This document shows positions 27,788 through 39,124 of a stretch of 64,000 bases of DNA, in pieces. The notes beneath the pieces are model-generated. The model ran no database searches. It worked only from the letters and a program-made list of their open reading frames with translations, and was not told the DNA's origin. Source of the DNA: Balanoglossus misakiensis. Lineage: Eukaryota > Animalia > Hemichordata. The stretch is taken from contig CM082576.2 of NCBI GenBank assembly GCA_040954595.2, positions 8,745,129-8,809,128 of the forward strand, given 5' to 3'. The position numbers were made by a program, and so were the translations under genes. Each line of letters opens with the position of its first letter. The stretch's first letter is position 1.

Positions 27788-28006
27788 CTGTTGATATAGA
27801 AATGTTGGAGATTTAATCAGGGAGTACCGAGATTATATTTGGCAGCAGCCGACATTACAGTAAACTGCAACTGTCGGCGCCATCTGCGAGGACGACATAT
27901 ATGTCATCCGTGCAAACAGTTACCGCTCCAACAGTCCTTGGCTGGTCTATGCAGTTTTGTTAGAAGTATACGGCCACCTATGCTTATTGATGTTTAATTC
28001 AAATAC

Positions 28007-28250
28007 CTATAACGCACCGGGCCCCCGGGATACTCGACTGCTGAGCGGTAACGCTCTCCTGAAAGTCTACATACTTACTGTTTAGCTGATCACTAAGCAC
28101 AAGCCCGACAACTAGTCCAACCACCATACCGCCTGTGATGACACCCAGAATAAAGGACAACCACCACCAACTCCTTTTACAAATCCACAACGGGTCATGC
28201 GGGTACTCGCTCATGGTTTTCTTCTTGCCTGACTCTGGATCTTCTACATT
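28007..28250 (-). CDS. Orphan type II membrane protein, exon 2 (single TM helix WWWLSFILGVITGGMVVGLVVGLVL)
   Basis: Acceptor ttttcag at 28250, donor ATAG|gtattt at 28007; clear hydrophobic segment preceded by KR. Confidence 0.72.
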
Positions 28251-28769
28251 CTGAAAATGACATAAGAATTTTTTTTCTGTACGAACCGGAATAACCACTT
28301 TTTTGTAGTTTTAAGTTAGCAGTGCAAGCTCTGTCACAGTCGACATATTACTGCTCATTATTGGCAGAATCAAAGTTAAACTGTAACCTGCATTTGCAAC
28401 TCTTCAACGCTGTTGTTACAGACTGGAAGGGGATGTTCAGTCAGGTAACCGCTGTGATATGTCCGTTGGTGATTTCAAAGGACCGTTTTAATACATGTAC
28501 CATACGTTACATATACTATTAAGGAATATTGCATCCCCAAATCACCCGTACGCCTGTAGTTCTTGTGCGTCGAGTATTATATTGGATTGGTACGTATACA
28601 ATACAGAAAAAAACGAAGCCGTAGATTCGATTGGCCGAAACTACCATTCTACAGGACGGGTTTTATGAAATTTAGGACTATGTTCAACGACGGAGGTATA
28701 AAACCTTTGTGGATGATGCAGATCTACCAGCGAACAGCCCAAAACAAGCAATCTCCTTGTCTGTGTTAC

Positions 28770-29027
28770 CTTTTCCTTTTCCTTTTCCTTTTCGGCGACG
28801 TTTTCGGTGGAACTTTTCCCTTTGCTTGCGTTCGATCGCGAATCTTCATCCATTTTCGCTTTGTCGTCGTTATAACTCTGTTGCCGTGAGATGGAATCTC
28901 CGCCCTTATCTGTCTGCTGCTTGTCCACGTCGATTTCTTCCAACTTCACGGCGCTTCCGTTCGCAACCTGATTTTTGGAGTTGCGTTTATGCGAGCTGAC
29001 TAACGTGGCCTTGTTGGTGTTACTCAT
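28770..29027 (-). CDS. Orphan type II membrane protein, exon 1 (86-aa charged, low-complexity cytoplasmic N-terminus); full model 200 aa
   Basis: ATG in accATG context, protein-like hydrophilic ORF, donor AAG|gtaaca in phase 0. Confidence 0.7.
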
Positions 29028-32000
29028 GGTCGTCCGACTTTCAGCGTTGACAAGATCTGTTTTTGGACTATGCGACAGCTACGCCATTACACATCGGTAC
29101 GGGTTACACCTGAAGCGACCCGTTCAACGACTGCGGGGTCAGGTGCAGGAAGATCCCTACAAGCTTTAGAACAAAACGTTCGTGCACGAACTTCGCGACT
29201 TGTATACCGTGGTTGTCTGGCAACAGAACAACAAAACGAAATATCGTAGGAGGTATATCATGTCGGATGCTAGGCTTCAACCGACAACAGTTGTCTATAA
29301 ATGGGCCACCCATCATAAATTATCATGTTTACTAAATATTAATTGAACTATACTTTGGTAAGAAACACAAAGTTCAACGGGGCATCATAAATAGAACAGA
29401 GTTTAACGAGCTAATATTGTGTCATAAATTCAAATTTCTACACGATTAGTTTTATAGAATGTTGACAGAATTTTTGAATTTATGATTCAGACAAAACATC
29501 GAATCATTGATGTAAGCTTATACAGGTTAGACAACAGCAGCAATTGAACAAGACTATTTGTGGGCTTGTATTTCTTCCACATTCGTCCCTTGTCCCCTCA
29601 ATTGTTTTTGTAAGTGTCCAACAACACAACCATGACAACATTCAGAATCCCAGCAACTAAGCCGGGGATCTCGACCTTAGTGCTCTGGCACGATGATTGG
29701 TGTCATCATTACAATGACAAACTGATCTCAAAGATTTCAAATACTAGAATAACGTCAGCAAAGTGGTGGGAGAGGGGGCTTCTGCAGATACACGAGAAAC
29801 CATAGCCGAAACACGATTAGAACAGGCGGCCCACGCATGTGGTAGGAGGTGGGGTAGGGGAGGGGAGGATGGTAGGGCTGGCGACGAACAGTGGGAGAAT
29901 AAGGAAGTGATGAAGATAAACGAGGGGGCGATAAAGTCTGCAGTTTTATTTGGAGCTTCGCAAAGAGCAGAAAACACAGGGTCTACGTCCACCAGTCCCC
30001 ATGCAGCTACCCCACACCCTACTGCATGTGTTAGCCGCATGCGCTAGCTATAGAATCTACATAGTACCGATTCTTATAATATAAGACAGAACACGAAACA
30101 TGATGGGACTTTGACTGTTTCACTACACGGTACTACTCAGTGTATTACGAACATTTATGATATCCAAAACCCTCAGTGCGACAGGACACGAAAACCCCCT
30201 ACACTCGTCGTATCAACTCTCAAATTGACGGCACGATTTTTTTGGCATATACTGAGTATCACAAATCTTGTGTTTCTTTTGTCCTATTTCACGAAAGACA
30301 ACACTGTGTGTGAGATGGGCACAAGAACAACCAAGCCTTGACGGACTTGGAGCATGTCGTCTACTTATTCCCACAATGCCGTTCGGCAGTAACACCACCT
30401 GTTGAATTCCCCCGACCTCTGACACTGCCAATTTAATTAACGCGGTCGTCTTAAATCGATACATATTTGTTGCCTCGAAGAAGAAAACAGCGAAGTGCCC
30501 GATGTGACTCTGCAAGGTAAGAAACAACAAATTTCTTTTGGAAAATACGTCAAATTTGACAAACTCTGCGCTCCAAGAGTTCAAAGAAGGGCGCTGGTTA
30601 TAAGACGGAGTGAAAAGCAAACGAAAGTCGAGGTTTCAGTTTGATAATCGACCTTGGCGAAAACCTTTCATGTTTTCAAGTACAAATGTCTGGGTTTGTC
30701 ACTAGTACATGTGTATCTTAATATAATTCTTGATCATCGGAGCACTGCTTTGGATCAGGGCGAAAGTGGGCTTGCATTATATCACGCTGTGGCCAGTAAA
30801 CAACCATGATGGTCGACGTCCCAGCTGGAAATTCGGCAATTAGGCAGGGGGAGTCAATTTAATATATACAAGTGAACCTTAGGTTCTGAGGTATGAAGTG
30901 AGTGTGTGAGCTACGTTTAAGTCACGGTAAAATTCGAATCTTGACATGGAATAGCTTCCATTCATTGTATAATTCCTCTGCAAGGTTTTTTTAACACTTC
31001 TTTTTGAATTAAAAAATCCATCGCTACCGGTTTACCTGAAAACAGAATCTTGGACGAGCAATCAACTAATTTAGACAATTACGAAACATATGGGGATCAC
31101 GTGATAGAAGAATCCGGGAACAGAACTGAGATGAAACGCGCTTTGGTGACGTTTCTCGTTCAATTCGTTTCTGGAAGAGCCCGGTTCACACACAGGATTT
31201 CGCCCCCTATCGCAGAATCGTCCGTTGTAGAAGGAGGCGCCACACAATACCGTCTTTTTGAAAAATTCATTCACGCATTTGTATAACGAAATCAACACTG
31301 AGTTTGATGGTAATAATAGATGGAGTATTACAGCCGATACCACGCCCCTCTGAAAGGCGCGGACAAAAACAAGTCGTTAAAACAAAGGGGGAAAACACAC
31401 GGTAATTGACCTGGTTCGTTATACGAAGACCCCCTCAGAGATACCTCGACAACGTAATTAGCCAGACAACTTGTGACATTTTTGATCGTTTATTTGAATA
31501 AGCATGTCCAGTCCATCCAGGCTGCAACCCTGTCATATCCACCATCAGGTCACCTACCCACAGAATAAGAGGAATTTCATAATTCTACTACATTTCCACA
31601 TTCTGCATCAATATTTACTCAGAACAAGTCAATACCTAGCCATTATCGCCGTGCTTTAAATAAATGACGGATCTGATCCTTTTTAAGCACCCATCGATTA
31701 GGTGGTGTTTTGCCCATAGACAAGTAAAAAAAACTAAGACACACTTATCAATGGGTCGTCACGTACGAGTCTGGGAGATTTTGTCGCGTTGAAAGCTTAC
31801 TGTTGACGCCAAGAAGCGATTCTACCAAGAATTAAATTATATGAGATTTTTCGCGGTACTTAGTTCAATTAGAGAAACGTCTAAAGGGAATCGGCATATT
31901 ATCGCACGTATTACTACTTGTGATTAAAGTAAATATTGTCAAAAGCAAAAGTAAGATATTTGATGAAATGCTGCCAAAATATATTTAAGTTTGACTTGTT

Positions 32001-32049
32001 CTCTTTCAGGAGATCATAAACAATCCCTCCTTTCGGGATTCTGGGAATC

Positions 32050-32925
32050 ATGGCATATTACACAGGCGACTACAGACCGAGAAAAGAGCCGACGGAATTG
32101 GAAAAAGCGAGAGCTCGGCAGGCGGCCGACAAGTATCCGAACATCAGCGACTCATACCAATACAGCGAAGGTCTCGTCAAGGACGCGTGTCTGGCCTTGC
32201 ACGGCATCATCGTTCAAGACATCAGGTTAGGAAAGAAGGAACTCCTGAAGGACAACCGCTTCGTCCAGGGGCGGATGTACGAGATCTTCACGTACCTGTT
32301 GTCCAGACAAGACAAGGACGTGGAACAGATTTTACTGGAGTTTGAACACTCGAAGCTGCAGTACCTCAAGGGCAAGACGATAGTCAACCCCAAAGTCGAC
32401 ATCATGTTCGCCAAGGTCAAGCCGGAGAGAGTGCCCGTCACGGGAATAATGCTTCGCAAGTCGAGCAGGGGCTACGAGCCCGATGAACGGTACATGCGCT
32501 CGGACATGTCTCGGCTGGCCTTCTTGATCCTCGAACAGGGCTGCCGCTGGGGGTTCTACATTTGGACGGGCACCATCGAGGAGCTGCACTGGATGGACAT
32601 GTCCAAGCACGTGCCCGTCGACATGAAGAACCGGGACGTCGTGCTCAGCAAGGAGGCCGAGCTGCTGCCGAACGTTGGCAAGCCCCTCCCGGCGTCGTTC
32701 ACCAAGACCATGATCATGAACAGGGTGTGCGCCGAGTTCTGCCTGAGGGTGTACCGAATCGAGCCGGAGATGACGTTCTGGAACGAACACGTCGACGACG
32801 CCGAAAGGCTGAAGGAGTTTTACAGCGGCTATAAGATGAAGGCTCCCGGTTATGGGACGTGGGACGTCTCCGAACAAATCCAAGATATTAGGCGACAGCT
32901 CATTAAAGTGCGGGATTTTTTGGAG
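32050..32925 (+). CDS. Uncharacterised 374-aa protein, coding exon 1 (PD-(D/E)XK nuclease-like motif pattern, probably inactive)
   Basis: 292-codon ORF with strong C/G third-position bias; acceptor at 32009, in-frame upstream TAA, atcATGG start, donor GAG|gtaagg. The fold assignment is by-eye inference. Confidence 0.85.
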
Positions 32926-33300
32926 GTAAGGCAAAACTAAAGAGTGTTCCTTGAATACAGAATTGAATATAGCATTGCACGAAAATTGGGACAGTTTTGA
33001 ACATTCCTGGTGGGTTACTTTCCAGAAGGAAAATGCGGCATCTAATAAATAGACCACTTTCCAAACTCCACGAGACCCTGCGAGATCTTGCGTGGCTAGG
33101 CAGTTTAGACGGGATTCTTGGTTGTTTTATTCGGAAGAGGCCCAGACCACAGAGTAGGGTGGCATGTACGTCCGAAAACCGTCAATACAGAGAACAGAAC
33201 AGCCAAAACGACACCAGAGCTAAAGACAGCGCCTAACTCTACATCTCATTTTAACCAGATTGGGGTAACATGTCTTCTGCTTTATCTTGCTCCTTGGCAG

Positions 33301-33549
33301 GCTGATCTGATTGACCACGCCAGAGCCATGCTGATGGTCACCAAGGTGTTGTTCATCGACATGGTCACGGTCAAGGACCTGAAGAGCACCGAAATCGACG
33401 AGTCGGACTACTTGAAGGAGCACCTCAATTTCCTGAGAGAGAAGATCAAAGAGGCCATCGCCGCCATGAAGCAACAGGAGTCGTCCTCGTCGTCGTCGGC
33501 TGAAGAGGAAGATGACGATGACGAAGACGATGATGACGACGACGATTAG
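33301..33549 (+). CDS. Uncharacterised 374-aa protein, coding exon 2 (helical region, poly-Ser and poly-Asp/Glu tail)
   Basis: Acceptor ccttggcag, phase 0, same codon bias, TAG stop, AATAAA at 33739. Confidence 0.82.
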   Translation, partial: ADLIDHARAMLMVTKVLFIDMVTVKDLKSTEIDESDYLKEHLNFLREKIKEAIAAMKQQESSSSSSAEEEDDDDEDDDDDDD

Positions 33550-35593
33550 ATAAAGATACACTTAATAGTGTGAGCAGACACAAACATAAACAGTAAGAAA
33601 TCACAGATTTCCAACAATTGTCACATGATTACAGACGTCAGTTCTTTCGTGAGACGCAGATAAAATGGCAATCAATGCGCGAAACAAAGTGATCTGTACT
33701 TTTACTGCACGAGTTGTAATAATCATTTCTATACTTGTAATAAAGATTTTATTTGTGCCCACTGAAATAAACTGTTGCTGTGTCACTGAAGTGATTTCGG
33801 GGGTATAGATATCCAAAATGTCAGTAGTTGCTGGAAGTGAGGAAATGGGAACATCCGGGCACCGTAGCAGGTGAATTAAACATTGCTCGTCACCAATTCC
33901 TATCGCAAAAGTAAATTGTCTATGCGAAAGGAACTTGTGGCGAATGTACTCATTTTGCCTGTCTCACTGCACGCCATCACGAATTTTAGGTAGATTTACT
34001 TTGTTTCTATCGAAGGCAGACTGCCAGGTACTTCTTGTGCGATGCTGGCATTGCATAGTTCACGTTGCGCCGTGATAAGGGGGTGGGGTGCTGCTAGAAA
34101 GAATATCACACACGTAACCACGTTTTTCTGTAAACGATGGTAATTAAACGATATTTCTTACAACATTACAATATTATCCTGAGCATGACGCAAACATTGA
34201 ATATTGGTTGTAATAATCGTAATTTTCCATCAACATTTATTGCACCATAATAGTACATATACTACAGCTGATTTCAAACAGATTGGATATGAAGGATTGC
34301 CAGGTTGGTTGTATGGCAGGTGGATGGATGGATGGATAGCCGGGATATACAGGAGCGACGACAGACAGAGAGCCAGACAGATGCCAACGCACTGGCGATG
34401 GTGGTATAGCAAATGATCAATTAATCAGTTTGTCTGTGTGTTGCTCTTGGCGTGCGGGGGCGCTGGTGCGACGGAAACATAGTTTTGAAAATATGTACAA
34501 AGAAGTGGGAAAAAGTTTCTTCAATCATTAATTCATCACGATACAGCGCTAGACGTTTCCGGAGAGATTAGGAGCAAGGTGCTCAATGTGATTGTATACA
34601 GTAGGTAGTGCGTGTCACTACGTAAGCCCTGAAATGAATTCGACCAGTTCCGGAGGACAGCTTTTTAAAGTTAAATATTAATAAACAGAGTCAAAATACC
34701 GATAGCATTTGACATTTCGACGTTTTAGCATGTTATTGTATGGTGGAATCAGGGTGGTGTAAAATTTATGCTACGGGGGCGATCCACGCCTTTTTATTAA
34801 TCCTATGGCCCCCGGAACAAAAGTAGACAAAAACCCTCAAAACTTAATCCAGATACACATGTACAATTTGTCATCACACTAAATTATATATCGGCGAATT
34901 GTATTCAAGCACCACTGGCACTGGCTGTAACTTTAACATTTCCAAGTATTTTTGCCCCAACTTTTTTTTAGTTCCTTGTTGTAGTCATTATCCCATGTAA
35001 CTGTTATGCTTGCCAACATAGTCTGAACTCATGCCCGGAATTGGATTCAACTTGTCGTTTGATCGAAAGAACATATGTAAGAATGGAAGTAATGCAACCA
35101 TGGCTGTTTCAAGAAAGTCTCTTGCCATTGTAGGTATTCAACATGATCGCAATAGCAGAAAACCGTCATCTTGCCATATAAGCTTAAATACACCCCCGGA
35201 CGTCAGTGAGTTTGACATTTGTAACTTAACCCCACTCTTTGGAAAAAGGTTTTGAACAAAACTGCCCAGAGACAGGTACACTATCACAGAGTAAATGTTT
35301 CCCCCGTCGGTTAGAAACACACAAAATGTCATGGCATGAAAAAATGATTATGTCTGGAAAATAAAAGTATAGCAAAATGTGGCATTAACCTTATTTATGT
35401 AGTAATCGTTCGTGAAGGAAATCCGTTATAAAATATGCATGCATGTTCCCCAAACGAAAAAAATCCCAGGCCGCGGGTGTGAGTTGAAGCCACACGGTCC
35501 CAGATTGCCAACCGCACAGCAATTGATTCGATTGGTAACATTTCTTGAGCAAAGGAACGCCCTCTGTCGTCACATTAGTGTGGGATATGATGC

Positions 35594-35656
35594 TACATGT
35601 ATACGTATACATGTACATGTACCCCGACATGTACATACATACACACACACACACAC
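35594..35656. repeat. (TACATG)n/(CA)n low-complexity repeat
   Basis: Read directly. Confidence 0.7.
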
Positions 35657-38600
35657 AATCGCAAGAGCTGGGTACATTTATGGCTTGTTGAAGACCCCCC
35701 CCCCCACCCTCCGTCTGTATTTCGCAAATCTTTCTGTTCAGTCTTGCTTGCTCTCTCGCGTTCCAATTTACATGTGTCCATATATGGCTAAAATAGCATA
35801 TCCATATAGTGGCGCTCTTTTTTCGCGTGTGCCACCCACTGAAAATCTGTGTTGGCTAGATCTCAATTTGCCATGGTAACTATAGCTTATTTTCCATAGG
35901 TGTATACCTTTAAGTTTAAGAGGGCGCGTTCCGATCATTTCCAATGTACGTAGGATATCTGATCTGGGGTATCATCGTTGATTGACTAGTGTTCGCACGC
36001 ACGCAACGGAGACTAAATGATGTCACCTCATTAAACGCACATCATAGCAATAATATGACAGTGATGATATAATATAAAAGCGACAGTTGCCTACGCAATT
36101 TCTCTAGGAATATCCGTAATTTTAATTATCTGGTTGCATTATTACCCCCCGATCGGAAATTTTCACTGCCCAATGAGCGCTATATTTAGAATACGTAAAA
36201 GAATGATTGACTGCGATAAAATATTGCGCCGGCGAACAGACAGCGAGTCCGCCGCGCCAATTAATCACAGACGGCGGATTATATCACTTTCTGAACTCAG
36301 TCATTCGGAGAGTTTGCGTGCGAGAAATTAAACAGTCCGCGGGCCCTGTAAATATTGCAGCTGGGAAGATTGAACGAGTAACGAGATGTGACGGTTTGAC
36401 GTCATCTATCCTGTACATTGTCGGCCGGCATCGAAAGTCCGCAAGTGGTGGGCTGCAATTTTCTTTCCTCCAAAATAAATGTTTATTATTTCGACAATCT
36501 ATGAAAACAATATGCTTGTCTGGATATTCGTTTTCTTTCTTTTTTAATCGAAATAGATATTCAGAAGGAAGGCCTGGCCAGGGTGCGCCGGCGAAAGTTA
36601 ATCCGCCAAACCAACCTTGCCCTGAATGGTTCAACGCAGCAGTCATCCAGCAAAAAAATCGGATGTTTTGATATCGTATATCTTCTTCTCCGGCCAGTTG
36701 CATGCTCTATTTCCTGGCTGGAGATGAGCGCACCGGAAGCCGGTCGGAAGTTCTCCGATTTGCTGCTTCAGCTTAGAGTATTTGTTATTCATCTGGAACG
36801 TGACTGTACCCGCCGCCGATATATGGGGGCGCACCTACGCTACCTACGTGGATGGCGAATACAGCAGCTACCCTTTTTTCTGTGTCACCACGCCGCCACT
36901 GTCAAGAGTAACGGACGCACATTGCCAGCTGGAAGAAGAAATTGCGTGTGTTTTTTCTTGTTGAATGGTATAGTTTGTTGTCTTTTTCCGCGGATTTGTT
37001 TCCTACCCTGGCTAATAACCGTGCGTTGAGATGGTCCCCGTTCCATGCATTACTCGTGTAGGCCGACTCAATATTTTGAAGGGTTGCGCTGTTGAACTTG
37101 AGAGAATTCTGATATAGTCACAGCGGTGATAATATTGAACTGTTGTAGTAGTGGGCTAGAGAGTCGGGCATTTACAGTATTCATCTCTGCCCTGACAGTT
37201 TAGGATCACGGAAAATTCCATCATCTTGCAAAACTCAACGACGTGTCTAAGAGTAAGAGTAGGCCTAATAGTGCAGTATCCCTGTACTGTAATGCGCTTA
37301 TGCTACTTGGCCATAGACTCGTTTATTTAATCAATAAAACCTTGAATACCGACAAATTGCTGCGGTAGGACGAGACTGCTGACATCGTTTGTTTCCCACG
37401 AGTGAAAAATAAACAGAGCGGACCGTTAATCGCTATTTATACCACCAAGGAATTGTCCAGAAGGAACCTTGACACCGAAGGAGTGACTGTGGTGTCTCAT
37501 ACAAACGATGCCGTCTTTTACTTAATACTTCCACCGACCTTTTTTGCACATTTTGACGGCATGATGTTATATGTGCACTACGGGATGCTCAGCTTCCGGC
37601 GCGTGGGTGCGCGTAATTCAAGTTCATTCATGGGTTTTCGTGTGTGTTCTGTATACGACAGACATCAGCCAGGGTTTTACGTTCAGTCATCTTACCGAGT
37701 TACATACATTTCAAGCAGCGGCGACATTTCAACACGGGTGATAAAACCATAGTATACATTTCTCAGTACAAAATGTATATCACCCTATGTTCGCAAACCT
37801 CCCCGTAACTCCACTCAATTAATAAAGCACAGAGAATGCTTCACTCATCCCGTATGCCCTGTCCGTCCATTCAACAAATCTCGTCGGTCGAGTGTACGTG
37901 ATCGGAGTGAGTTTTATTGCCCAGAAAGCCTGACAAATGTACATAGCGATATTCTGCCCGGCATCTTCACCTGTCTGCAATGAAAGCATTCAAAACCATG
38001 GAGAGAGAGAGAGAGAGAGACACTGACAGTGTGTTTAACCACTGAAGGGGGTCTTGTTCCAGTGAACTCCGCCTGACATGTAGACCTACGTGATACGCGC
38101 GCAAATCGTTTGATTGCAATACAATTATACATATACGAGTACGGGCAAGAAGTCACATGTAACACATGGGTTTGTCAGGCACACGAAGCCGACGCTTTAT
38201 AACGTGTTCGTTCCGCTAGGCAACACGCTCGGATTATATGACACAAATATCTCCTACTGTGCCCGCTTACGGTTTCTCTTACATTTTAATGCCCTATAAA
38301 TCCCAGTGTCACTGACGAACGCCTGGAACAGACTGAACTTTGAAGATCCGAGAAACACGCGTGCTGAAAAACTCTGGGAACTCGGTCGAGACACGAAGAC
38401 TTCCGAAAATGGTTCCGAAGATCCCCGACATGTATTGGTCATTTCCGATTATTTCTACGTATGCGCAAATGCTAATACATGTGTCAGCTTTGCAACACCC
38501 ACGCTTTTGTATGATTTTAGACTATAAAAAGAGAGCGAGACATCTACCTGTATGTATTGTATTTGGCGATCGGACGAATGTTAAACAGCTAGCAGTGCTT

Positions 38601-38757
38601 CCCAATTTTTCTTTCTCCAACAAAAAGCAGATCTTGAGTCGAAGAAACTTTTTCCATCATACTGTTAAAAGTTGCCAGACGGCGAGGCGCCGGCGGTTTG
38701 TTTCTTATCGAAAAAAAAAAACTTTCTCTCACTCGTCCCATTTGTACGCTCATCACG

Positions 38758-39124
38758 ATGTACGGTTTTACTTTCGATCTGTCGACGTTACTGGTGTTCG
38801 TCACCACGTTCCTCTTCTCCCTGCTTTACATGAATTCGCGCGCGGCCAACTCCGAGCGGGAGGGCAGGCGGTACCACAGAATGCCGCCGGGTCCCAAAGG
38901 CATACCGGTGTTTGGCAACCTATTGAGTCTGGGCAGCAATCCACACCTAACCTTCGTGGAGATGGCCAAGAAGTACGGCAGCGTGTTCACCATAAGAATC
39001 GCCTCGGAGCCCATCGTGGTCCTCAACGGGTACCAGGCGATCAAAGACACCCTCATCAAGAAGAGTCTCCAGTTCGCAGGTAGACCGAAGATGGCCCTGA
39101 CAGAAGAACTCACACATGGCAAAG
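38758..39124 (+). CDS. Cytochrome P450 clan 2 (CYP2U1/CYP2J-like), coding exon 1; full model 510 aa = 38758-39124, 43537-44505, 44784-44980
   Basis: N-terminal TM anchor, PPGP hinge, KKYGSVF, FAGRP; donor AAG|gttagt in phase 1. Confidence 0.93.

Noticed and set aside
29742-30050. CTAG ends with a small hairpin, as a possible Helitron fragment
   Set aside because: Hairpin spacing and the 5' TC boundary could not be established without other copies.
32332-33057. 241-aa antisense ORF
   Set aside because: Antisense shadow of the codon-biased plus-strand exon at 32050-32925.
38340-39083. 247-aa plus-strand ORF overlapping P450 exon 1
   Set aside because: Different frame from the P450, non-ATG start and no protein-like motifs.
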